Below, piece by piece: positions 28,860-38,169 of a stretch of 64,000 nt of DNA. This stretch comes from Candidatus Marinacidobacterales bacterium (GTDB lineage Bacteria; Acidobacteriota; Vicinamibacteria; Marinacidobacterales; SMYC01): NCBI GenBank assembly GCA_965250115.1, contig CBDFNJ010000001.1, forward strand, positions 1,450,175 through 1,514,174, written 5' to 3'. The position numbers and the translations under genes are program-made. How positions within the stretch are numbered: position 1 is the first letter of the stretch; each line of letters starts with the position of its first letter. Below the pieces are notes generated by a model that was not told the origin of the DNA, searched no databases, and saw only the letters and a list, made by a program, of their open reading frames with translations.

Positions 28860-29447
28860 TCAGTGTATTACGCGCGGCGTCGTGCCCAGCTGAATGCCTT
28901 CGCGTCGAAGTAACGCCTCGCTGCGCCTGCTGCCCGTTTGAAGCCACTTCTCGTAGAGACGCAGAATGCCTCCCACCTCGGAGAGCGCGCTCTCCTCGCT
29001 CACCTCGTTGAGCACGTCGACGAACCGTCCGAACTTCGCGGAAAGCTCGTAATAGACTTCCGCCGCCTCACCAGGGCTGAGACGAGCGGCACGTCCGTAG
29101 GCATAGCATCCCATGCGCACATAGTAGTCGAGATCGACGCGCCGTCGAGCGATGCTATCGGAAAAGAAGCCGGAAACGAACAGCGCCAGATCGCCCGTGA
29201 ACTTCAAGAGCGTGAATCGTCGTCGTCCCTCGCTCTGAAGCGCGTCGCCGAGAATCTCGGCAAGAGTCTGATCTTTGTCGAGCTCCGCTCCCCTATAAAG
29301 ATCGTCGAAGCTCACGAAATTATCGAGAAGCTGTACCAGATAAAAGGAAGAAAGCTCACTCGATGCGAAGCCCTGCCGTGCCATCGCGTTTTCCACGAGC
29401 TCCTTGAAGAGCATCACCGGCGTCTCAGAGTGAACCAGCTTGTCCAT
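28860..29447 (-). CDS. hypothetical protein (195 aa), no recognisable domain
   Basis: A clean ORF 3 bp upstream of the previous one, between the ATPase and hyp-216. Confidence 0.4.
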   Translation of the reverse strand: MDKLVHSETPVMLFKELVENAMARQGFASSELSSFYLVQLLDNFVSFDDLYRGAELDKDQTLAEILGDALQSEGRRRFTLLKFTGDLALFVSGFFSDSIARRRVDLDYYVRMGCYAYGRAARLSPGEAAEVYYELSAKFGRFVDVLNEVSEESALSEVGGILRLYEKWLQTGSRRSEALLRREGIQLGTTPRVIH

Positions 29448-29665
29448 CGCATCACCTCCTCCGCATCTACAGACAGAGAGGCTGCAAATTGCGTGCTACG
29501 AGGTGCCGGGAGAGGCAAAAAGACCGTAAACGTATATTGTTCAGCGTTTTAGTGCGAAGTCCCAGGTCGTCTGGAGGCTTGGGAGAGTGACAAAATGTGT
29601 CCGTTTTGGGAGGCGGTGCCTCAAAGTTTGCGATTAGCAGCCTGGCGAGGCGAGTGCTGAGCGGG

Positions 29666-31258
29666 TCACTCGACGAACGTGACCTTGTTGATATCGGAAA
29701 GCGTCGTCACCCCTGCAAGGACTTTCTCGATGGCCTGTTCTCTCAACGGACGCATCCCTTCCTCGCGCGCGACACGCTTCAGTTCGGCCGTGCTCTCGCG
29801 TTCGAGAACCAGCTCGCGCAATCGATCGGTCAGTCCCAGGAGCTCGCAGAGCGCAGTGCGGCCGCGAAAGCCCGACCCGTGACATTCGTAACAGCCGGCG
29901 CCTTCGAAGAAACGTCCATCGAAGGTAGGATCGAGCAGACCGGAGAGCTCGAGCTCGTCGTTGTCGACTTCGACCTGGCGGCGGCAACGCTCGCAGATGC
30001 GACGCACGAGTCGTTGAGCCATGACGCAGTTCAGGGCGGACACGAAGTTGTAGGGCTCGACTCCCATGTGAAGAAAGCGGCCAATCACATCGAAGGCGTT
30101 GTTGGCATGGACCGTCGTGAACACGAGGTGTCCGGTCAGCGCAGCCTGAACCGCGATGGTCGCGGTCTCGGGATCGCGCACCTCACCGACCATGATCGTA
30201 TCCGGATCGTGTCGAAGGATGGATCGCAGCCCCCGGGCGAAGGTCAAGCCCTTCTTCTCGTTCACTGGAACCTGGGTGATGTGTTGAATCCGATATTCCA
30301 CCGGATCCTCGATTGTGACGATCTTCTGCTCGGCGGACGCGATTTCGGAAAGAGCGGCGTAGAGCGTGGTGGTCTTGCCGCTACCCGTCGGTCCAGTCAC
30401 GAGAACCATCCCATAGGGTTCGCGAATGAACTTTCGCAAGCGTTTGAGCTCGAGATTGGGAAAGCCGAGTAGATCGAGTCTGAGCTCGGAGAACTGCTCG
30501 CTAATGGACTCTTTGTCGAGGATTCGAACGACGACATCCTCACCATAGATGCTCGGCATGATCGAGACGCGGAAATCGATGGGTCGGCCCCTTATCCTGA
30601 GCTTGAATCTCCCATCCTGCGGAATCCGCCTTTCCGCCACGTCCAGCTCCGCCATGACCTTGAGCCTCGAAACGATGGTGGAGTGGTGAATGCGATCGAC
30701 GGGTTCCATAGCGGGATAGAGGACGCCGTCGATACGATACTTCAGAAGGACTTTCTCTTCTTTCGTCTCGACGTGGATGTCGCTCGCCCGACGCTCGAGC
30801 CCATTGAGCAGAAGCGAGTGCACGAGCTTGATGATCGGGGAAGCCGTCTCGGCTTCAGCGTCGAGGTCTCGTTCGTCATCCTCGTCGTCGGCTCTTGCCT
30901 GGAGCTTGAGCTCCTCAGAAGCCTTGTCCAGGAGGAAGGAAGAGCTTCGGTTGCGAGCCAGAATCTCCTCGATCGCGGAAGCGCTCGCGACCTCGATGGT
31001 CAGAGGACGCCCGAGGGTCAGCTCGAGCGCGTCGAGCTCGCCATATACGCTCGGGTCGGAGACGGCGACGACCAGCCTCAGACCCTCCGCTCGCAACGGG
31101 ACAAAGCGGTAGCGAAGAAGGAGGTTCATCGGAACCTCCTGCCAGACCTCAACGTCCTCGCGAAACCCTGTCAAATCGACGAAAGGATACCCGTAGCGCT
31201 CCGCGAGCTCCCGGGCTTGCTCCCCGTCCGTAACGCTTTTCTCGTTTTGGGTCGACAC
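29666..31258 (-). CDS. PilB/GspE/MshE-family secretion ATPase (N-terminal T2SSE_N/MshEN-like domain, Walker A GPTGSGKTTT, C-terminal tetracysteine)
   Basis: It has LVTGPTGSGKTTTLYA, Asp/His boxes, CERCRRQ...CYECHGSG, and an N-terminal GYPFVDL. No GspF/PilC, pilin or secretin genes are nearby. Confidence 0.8.
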   Translation of the reverse strand: MSTQNEKSVTDGEQARELAERYGYPFVDLTGFREDVEVWQEVPMNLLLRYRFVPLRAEGLRLVVAVSDPSVYGELDALELTLGRPLTIEVASASAIEEILARNRSSSFLLDKASEELKLQARADDEDDERDLDAEAETASPIIKLVHSLLLNGLERRASDIHVETKEEKVLLKYRIDGVLYPAMEPVDRIHHSTIVSRLKVMAELDVAERRIPQDGRFKLRIRGRPIDFRVSIMPSIYGEDVVVRILDKESISEQFSELRLDLLGFPNLELKRLRKFIREPYGMVLVTGPTGSGKTTTLYAALSEIASAEQKIVTIEDPVEYRIQHITQVPVNEKKGLTFARGLRSILRHDPDTIMVGEVRDPETATIAVQAALTGHLVFTTVHANNAFDVIGRFLHMGVEPYNFVSALNCVMAQRLVRRICERCRRQVEVDNDELELSGLLDPTFDGRFFEGAGCYECHGSGFRGRTALCELLGLTDRLRELVLERESTAELKRVAREEGMRPLREQAIEKVLAGVTTLSDINKVTFVE

Positions 31259-31452
31259 GATCTAAAACTTCCAGAAACCCTATCGAGCCATGCTAGAGGC
31301 GCGCTCCAAACATTGTCAACTTCAACACTGCTTTGACTTTCCGCGAGAACGCGTGCGACAATGGCTGAAACTCGCTTCCTCCGCGGACGCAAAGTCCGAT
31401 TCGGCACATTTGGGTTTTTATCGCTTCGAAACACCTCGGGGCTGAGCGGAGG

Positions 31453-33883
31453 ATGGATTTTCTCAAGAGCTATCTGCCGGCGCCGGTCGTCGATATCTTC
31501 CTGCCCGTTTTCATCGTCGTCGTGATCGTCGTGATCGTCGCTCTCGTCTATCCGCGGCTCGCCGCGAAGATCAAGGAGACCGGTGCCTGGGACCGCGTCG
31601 TCGACAAGGTAGGCGGCGAGAAGCTCCGGCTCATGCAGTTCGAGCGCGAGATAAGCCGCTTGCAGAAGTCGGGGAATCTCGTCGGCGCCGCGCGCCTCTA
31701 CGAGGAAGCCGAATGGTATCCGGAAGCGATCAATCTATACATAGAAGCCGAAGAGTTCATCACCGCAGGGACGCTCTACGAGCAGCTCGAGCAGTGGGAC
31801 CGTGCCTCCGACATGTACCAGAAAGCCGACGACTGGAAGCGTGCCTCGCGCATGCTCGTCAAAGTCGGAAAGCACGGCGAAGCGGCTAAACACTTCGAGC
31901 AGCACGGCCAGAAGATCGACGCCGCGAAACTGTATCTCGACGCGGGACAATACGATCGCGCTGCCGCGCTCTACGAGGACGTCTCCTAATTTCCCCCAGG
32001 CGGCGAAGTGCTACGAAAAGCTCGGCCAGTACATCAAGGCGGCCGAGAACTACGAACAGCACTGGTCTGCCACGACGTCGGTAGGTGGCAGCGGCCTCAT
32101 CTCCTCGCCCTCCGATCGCGAGGCCAAGGTCGCGTTGCACGCCGGCCAGCTCTACGAAAAGGGCGGTGCTCCCGAACGTGCGGCTGAGCTCTACAAGCGC
32201 GCTGGTCTTTCGAACCAGGCGGCGACGCTCGCCGCCAAAGAAGGGCGTTTCAAAGACGCAGCGGAAATGCTCCTCAAAGAGGAGAAGCTCGAGGAAGCAG
32301 CCGGCATGTTCGAACAGGCCGGCGAGGCCAAGCGAGCCGCGCTTCTGCGTGGCGAGGTGGCCTTTCACCGAGGCGACGCGGCCTTCGCGGCCGACAAGTT
32401 TCTCGAAGGCGGCGACAACCTGCGAGCTGCGGAAATCTACGAATCGATCGGGAACCTGAGCGCCGCTGCGCGCTGCTACGAGGAGAGCGAGGCGCCCATC
32501 CAGGCCGCGAATGTCTACCTGAGAGCCAACGACAAGGACCAAGCGGCGGCCATGTTCGAGCGAGGCCGAGATTTCGAGCAAGCGGCTCGACTCTACGAGG
32601 ATATCGGCACCCTCCCCAAGGCCTCCTCTCTCTACGAACAGAGCGGGCGGCTTTACGAAGCGGGCAAGCTGGCCCACCAGCTCGACGACAACGAACGTGC
32701 GATCGAGCTTCTGCAGCAGATCGACGCAAGCCACGAGCACCACGATTCCGCGACACTCATTCTTTCGCGTCTGTTCATCAAGAAGGACATGCCGGCCCTC
32801 GCGGTGGACAAGCTGCGTCGGCTGCTCGGAGAACAGCAAATCAGCTCGCAGACGCTCAAGCTCTTCTATTGCCTCGGACTGGCTCAGGAGAAGCTTGGCA
32901 AGACGAGTGAAGCGATCGATACGTTCCGCAAGATCATGACGGAGCGCTATGGATACGAAGATGTGGAGCAGCGCATCGCCCGTTTGGGTTCACCGGGGGC
33001 GCCAGATCCCGCACCTCAAGCGCCGACCGCGGCGGAGCTTGCGCAGCCGGCCGTGGCTCCTGCTCCTGCAAGTGCTCCGGCATCCGCTCCAGCCGGGGCG
33101 GCGCCCCGAGCGGCCTCGGCGACCGCCGCTTCTCCGATAGAGCTTGCTGAGGAGCTCGGAAAGGGACTGCTCGGCGTCTCCTACAAGGGGGTCGACACGC
33201 GCAGCGGGCGCCCGGTGGTCGTCAAGCTCCTCCGAGACGACCTGCTCGCGGATCGCGACGTGTTCCAGCAGTTCCTGGCAGAGGCGAAGCTCGCGCGCGG
33301 GCTCGAGCATCCGAGCCTGGTTCGTCTTCTCGGTCTCATCGAGATTCAGGGAAAGAAGGCGGCCGTCAGCGAGTACGTAGAGGGATTCAATTTGACGGCC
33401 TTTCTCGCCAAGAACCAGCGCATCTCTCTCAAACAAGCCGTCGATCTTCTGACCAACCTCTCGGCAGCTCTCGGCTACGCGCACGAGCGCCGTTTGCTCC
33501 ACCGGCACCTCAAGCCGGCGAACATCCTCGTCGCGGGAGGAGGCAAGCTCAGGCTTACCGGTTTCGGGCTCGGAGCCCTTCGGCTCCCCAATTTGGGCCG
33601 CGCCGATGGCTATCCGTCCCCCGAGCTCTTAAGCGGGTCGCCCGTCGACCCGAGGTCGGACATCTACTCCTTGGGCGCCGTGATCTTTCACGCGTTGACT
33701 GGATTCCATCCAGATAGCGAGCAACTGTCTCAGAACGGAGCTTCGGCGCGCCTGAAACAAGTCTTGCCAGAGGCACCGGAAGCGCTCGACCAGATTCTCG
33801 CTCGCTGCCTCATGAAGAATCCTGCCGAGCGTTTCGGCTCTACGAACGAGATCGCCGACGCCGTACGGACCGTGCAAATCTGA
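31453..33883 (+). CDS. membrane-anchored repeat protein with C-terminal Ser/Thr pseudokinase domain (apparent +1 frameshift at ~31987)
   Basis: It has an N-terminal TM helix. Its ~27 tandem 13-aa repeats (AAxxYExxGxxxx) span the ORF1/ORF2 junction, with the repeat register preserved if one T at ~31987 is skipped. A Pro/Ala linker follows. The kinase fold has Gly-loop LGKGLLGVSYKG and Lys VVVK, but HRHLKPAN (HRD to HRH) and GFG (DFG to GFG). Confidence 0.6.
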
Positions 33884-33955
33884 ACATCTCCCGAGCAGCT
33901 TGACGCCGCAACCGCTCCGCTCGAAACAGCATGATAGGATCCCGTCCCGGTTGGA

Positions 33956-34627
33956 ATGACGGTCATGTCGAACACGTGCTGGTCCTGCCAGAAGGTCAAA
34001 GGCAAAAGGGCTTGTCCCGCGCGCGGGGACGAGCTCATCTGCTCGCGATGCTGTGGGACGAAGCGCGGCGTCGAGATCCGATGTCCGAGCGGTTGCCCCT
34101 ATCTCCGCGGAGGCCACGACGCGAAGTGGGAATCCGCCGCCCAGCAGAAAGAGGAAACACGTTTCTTGAGTCACTTCCTGGGCCTTCAGGACCGGGAGGC
34201 GGCCTTCCTGTTCTTCGTGCACCATCTGATCCTCCAGGCAGGCGGACGGCTCGGAACCCTGTCGGACGGCGGGCTCTCGGACGTTCTGGAGTCCACGCTC
34301 AAGACCCTCGAGACCCGCTCCAAGGGCGTCGTCTATCAGCATACCTGCAGCGCATCGGAGCTTCAGCCACTAGCGAACTGGCTCGTGCAGGTCTTTTCGG
34401 CACGCGGCGAGCTCGCGAACGCGCCAGAGGTGTCGGACGATGACGCGATTCGGGTTCTCGGAACGATGCGCCTCGCGGTGGTGGCCCACGAGCAGCACGC
34501 CTCAGCCCGGAGGACCTATCTGGAGACGGCGGTCCGTGTCATGGGCCCGAGTCTTTCGGATGCACCTGCCATCGAGCTGCCGGAGACAATGAGCTTGCCG
34601 AGCGGCGATCGGATCGTGTCAAGGTGA
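33956..34627 (+). CDS. Cys-rich zinc-ribbon protein (hypothetical)
   Basis: An N-terminal CWSCQK...CP...CSRCCG...CPSGCPY followed by a ~170-aa unknown domain. Confidence 0.45.
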   Translation: MTVMSNTCWSCQKVKGKRACPARGDELICSRCCGTKRGVEIRCPSGCPYLRGGHDAKWESAAQQKEETRFLSHFLGLQDREAAFLFFVHHLILQAGGRLGTLSDGGLSDVLESTLKTLETRSKGVVYQHTCSASELQPLANWLVQVFSARGELANAPEVSDDDAIRVLGTMRLAVVAHEQHASARRTYLETAVRVMGPSLSDAPAIELPETMSLPSGDRIVSR

Positions 34628-34696
34628 GCGCCATCCCGATCGGGTCCAGCAGCTCGACCTACGGTATAATGAAAGAAGTTCCACCTAAATTTCCCT

Positions 34697-36844
34697 GTGA
34701 GCGAGGCGGCCTTGGTCGAGATTAGTCACCGCGAGAGGGTCGTCCGGGCCAAGATTATCTATTACGGCCCGGCGGCTGGCGGGAAGACGACGAATCTAGT
34801 CGTGCTTCATCGCTGTGCCGATCCCAAACGCAGAGGCGAGATGGTATCGGTGAACTCGACGCAGGATCGGACGATCCTTCTCGACCTCTTGCCGATGAAA
34901 ACCCCAGCGTTTCGTGGTTACGACCTCCGCTTTCAGGTCATTGCGGTGCCGGGCCAGCGGATGTATGCGGCGAGCCGCAAACTGCTGCTCAACGGCGCTG
35001 ACGCAGTCGTTTTCGTAGCAAACTCCGCCGCGGACCGGTGGGAAGAAACCATTCAGAGTCTCCGCGAGATGAACCAGAACCTGCTCACGCATGGCCTGGA
35101 CCCTGCGACCATCCCGGTCACGCTGCAGTACAACAAGCGCGATCTTCCGGAGGTCACGCCCATGGAAGTGATGGAGCGCACGCTGAACGCGCGGCGCACC
35201 GCCAGTTTTTCCGCGGTCGCCATCCGCGAAGAAGGCGTTTTGGAAACTTTCGCGGCGGCACTCAAACAGACCATGGAGGACATCACCACGCGATTCAAGC
35301 TCGGCGCCAATACGCGCAACGCTCGCTCCATCGAAGAGTGGACGGCCGAGTCCATGCGCGCGATGTTCGAGTGGTCTCCCGTCGCCGACAACGACCTGAT
35401 GTCCGCGGCCAGCGGAGCCACGGCGCCGTCCACGAGTCGCGAAGCCAAAAACCCATCGACAGCGTCGCCCCCCGCAACGCCGCAACAACATACGCGGGTT
35501 GCCGTCAAAGTGCCGGTGGCACGATCCATCGAAGGCGGCTCTTCGCCGTCGGCAGCTACTCCCGCGAGCGATCCCCAGGCAGCCGAAGCCCTCGTCGACA
35601 GCTACGCCCAGGCGGCCGCCGATCTCACGACCGCGCTCGAGGACATGCGGGACCGACGCGAACTGTCGGAGCAGCGTGCGAAGGATCTCGTCGCTCCCTT
35701 CGACGCGGCACAATCGCTTCTTCGCGGCTCTCCGTCGGACGACGTTCTGCGAACCTTGTTGATGCGCATCGCGGAGAGCCTGGGCGCAGTGAGTAGCTCG
35801 CTGTCTCTCGTGAAAGAGAACGAGCTTCGGCCCGTGATCTTGCTCGGTCTTCAGCGAGAGCCACCGTTCTCAACGGTCGATGGCTCCGGTCGTCCTCTCG
35901 CGATGGGATTGCTCGAAAGCGCGAAGCCTCTGGTTTTCGCCCTCGGGGATCCAGGACCCCTGGGCGACGTTCTGGAGAAGAGCGGCGGCAAGCTCACGTC
36001 GATCGTGGCGATCCCAATCCGAACGCCCGAGGCGACGGTCGGGCTCGCGTGCTTCTACCTCGCGCCCGAGTCCGCATCGCCGCACCCCGAGGCCATCGAT
36101 CATCTAGACCGACTCGGCAACGGGATCGCACTCGTCATCGAGCTCGCCGCCGGGCGCATCGCTCGCGAGCGGCTCGGGCTGAGTGAACGCATGGCGCTAA
36201 CGGGCCGCGTCTCCGAGCAGGCCATTTTGGAGATCGGACCGCCCCTCGACAGACTCTTCGCGACTCTAGGCCGCGTTCGCGCGCAGCAGAATGTGCCCGA
36301 TAGTTTTCTCAACGAATTGAAGGGCATGGGTATGGAGCTGTCCTGCGCCAAGAGGTACCGGGACGCGGTGCTCGGGCTCATGGTGGGACAGCCGCCCGCT
36401 ATGGAGCTCGTGCCGCTCGCGAACGTATTCCACGGGGTTCGGGTTTGGACGGCGGATAGTCTCGAGCGCCACGCGGTGCGCCTCGAAACAACACAGCCCT
36501 CCCCGGGAGACCGCGTGAGGACGGACGCGTTCCTCCTTCGGTCGGCGCTCGCCGCCCTCGTCGAGCGTTCCGAGAACGACTTTGCCGGCCACTCGGGAGG
36601 CTTGATTCGACTTTCGTCGAGAATCGATAACGGGCGCGCCTACATACAAATCGCCGACAACGTTGCCGCGATCCGAAACTCCCGTAACGGAGCGGAAGAC
36701 TACGTCGCCTGGACGCTGAACCGCAACTCGAGAGGCTGGCCTTTGTCTTTCGTCGCGAACGTCGTCGCTTACTCACATGGTCAGTGGACGAACTCGGCGA
36801 CCGAGCACGGAAACGAGCTCACCATGATCCTCTCCGCGCAATAA
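34697..36844 (+). CDS. MglA-like Ras-superfamily small GTPase fused to a ~520-aa C-terminal region (GAF-like + GHKL/HATPase-like)
   Basis: The first ~195 aa align motif-by-motif with MglA: YYGPAAGGKTTN (P-loop), DRT (switch I), AVPGQ (switch II), ADAVVFVANS, QYNKRDLP (G4). The C-terminal region has GAF-like segments and GHSGGLIRLSS / NGRAYIQIADNV, resembling GHKL ATPase boxes. Confidence 0.7.
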   Translation: MSEAALVEISHRERVVRAKIIYYGPAAGGKTTNLVVLHRCADPKRRGEMVSVNSTQDRTILLDLLPMKTPAFRGYDLRFQVIAVPGQRMYAASRKLLLNGADAVVFVANSAADRWEETIQSLREMNQNLLTHGLDPATIPVTLQYNKRDLPEVTPMEVMERTLNARRTASFSAVAIREEGVLETFAAALKQTMEDITTRFKLGANTRNARSIEEWTAESMRAMFEWSPVADNDLMSAASGATAPSTSREAKNPSTASPPATPQQHTRVAVKVPVARSIEGGSSPSAATPASDPQAAEALVDSYAQAAADLTTALEDMRDRRELSEQRAKDLVAPFDAAQSLLRGSPSDDVLRTLLMRIAESLGAVSSSLSLVKENELRPVILLGLQREPPFSTVDGSGRPLAMGLLESAKPLVFALGDPGPLGDVLEKSGGKLTSIVAIPIRTPEATVGLACFYLAPESASPHPEAIDHLDRLGNGIALVIELAAGRIARERLGLSERMALTGRVSEQAILEIGPPLDRLFATLGRVRAQQNVPDSFLNELKGMGMELSCAKRYRDAVLGLMVGQPPAMELVPLANVFHGVRVWTADSLERHAVRLETTQPSPGDRVRTDAFLLRSALAALVERSENDFAGHSGGLIRLSSRIDNGRAYIQIADNVAAIRNSRNGAEDYVAWTLNRNSRGWPLSFVANVVAYSHGQWTNSATEHGNELTMILSAQ

Positions 36845-36856
36845 CGAGCGGTCTCG

Positions 36857-37864
36857 ATGCGAGCCCAGGTCATGGTCCTAGGGCCGGTCGAGCGTGAACT
36901 CCGGCTTCACCTCATCGACGACTTGCTGCCCAGTGGGTCGAAGCGCGCTGACGAGATCTCGTGGAGCATCAGCGGTTATTCTCTCGAGCTGGCGGAGCGG
37001 CTTTTCAAGCTCGAGCTCTCGTCCGGACTCATAGCCACTCTGGGCGATACGCCAGAGGATCTACAGATGATCGCGGAGATCCGCAAGCGTGGTGTCCAGA
37101 CCCGCGCCATCCAACAGGGCGGAGCGGGCCGCATGACGGTTCGCCTACGAACACCGAGCCAATCCATCCAAATCGAGCCCGTAGCGCCCGTTGTGCCCCC
37201 CAAGATGCCGGACGTCGTCTCGGCGCTCAGGCAGGCACGCCATCTCCACGTGTGTCCCGAAAGCTCGCTCTCAGGTCCGGTCCGGCAGCGAAACCTCCAA
37301 GCGCTCACCTACGCTCGGCAATCCGGTCTCTCGACCTCCTTGAGCCTTCCAGATCGGCTGGACGCGCCCCGGCAAATCGACGCGGTGGAACGTGTATCCC
37401 TCCTCTCGGAGGTGGACGTCCTCTTCGCACGGGGCAATGTCCTACGGTCCCTGGCCGGAGAGCGCCGGCTGGCTCGCGCCGTAGACGTCCTCTTCGATTG
37501 GGGGGTTTCCGTCGTGGCGGCCTCGCTGGACGCGGGGGGTGTTCGTATCTACGGACACACCGAGGCGGAAAGGATCCCGAGCTTCGGCAACGAGGTGGCT
37601 TCGCCCGGAGCCGCGTTCGCGAGCGGTTTTTTGCTCGGATGGCTCCTCGGATCGCCCTTGACTTGCTGCGGATTAATGGGCGCGGCCGCCGCGCTCCGGG
37701 GCGAGCGTCACAGGCTCCCCGACCGTCGTAGGGTTTCCGGGCGCCTGGGACGCGCTCGCAGCGCTCCGAGCCTGCGGAGGCTGGTGCCAGATCTGATGGA
37801 GGCCCAGAGGGTTTTGTCGCGGAGGAAGCGATTGCCCCCGCGGTCTCGAGCCCGAGGTGTCTAG
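36857..37864 (+). CDS. PfkB/ribokinase-fold protein with degenerate active site (possible pseudoenzyme); 3' end uncertain
   Basis: The N-terminal beta-clasp pattern (MVLGPVERELRLHLIDDLLPSGSK...) and C-terminal VASPGAAFASGFLLGWLLG resemble the DTTGAGDAF anion hole, but with GAGD replaced. Confidence 0.4.
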   Translation: MRAQVMVLGPVERELRLHLIDDLLPSGSKRADEISWSISGYSLELAERLFKLELSSGLIATLGDTPEDLQMIAEIRKRGVQTRAIQQGGAGRMTVRLRTPSQSIQIEPVAPVVPPKMPDVVSALRQARHLHVCPESSLSGPVRQRNLQALTYARQSGLSTSLSLPDRLDAPRQIDAVERVSLLSEVDVLFARGNVLRSLAGERRLARAVDVLFDWGVSVVAASLDAGGVRIYGHTEAERIPSFGNEVASPGAAFASGFLLGWLLGSPLTCCGLMGAAAALRGERHRLPDRRRVSGRLGRARSAPSLRRLVPDLMEAQRVLSRRKRLPPRSRARGV

Positions 37865-38169
37865 TAGCCTGACGTTGCTCGGTGCCTGAAGCTTCGGCGT
37901 TTGCCGGATTCGTTGCGGCTGGCATAACATGAGCGAGTTAGAGATGGTCCCGTTGGCATCTTTGGCAGGGTGCTGAATAGCGTGTGCACCCTGTGCGACC
38001 GCCTCGCGCAGCGAGCCTGTCGAGCGGAGCGCTAGCCTGGCGAAGCCAGGCGCGTTGCAAAGAAGCAGCGAGCATGGCCCGAATGGGCCGGCCGTCCCCC
38101 CAAAGCGAAGAGCGAGGGGAGCCAACGAGCCGAAGAGGCTCCGTTGGCACTAGAGAGGATTAAGCGTAC

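Noticed and set aside
37940-38160. Sigma-54 promoter (TTGGCAtctTTGGCA) upstream of the NTT-HEAT gene
   Set aside because: The GG/GC spacing is two bases short of the TGGCAC-N5-TTGCA consensus. It is probably chance.
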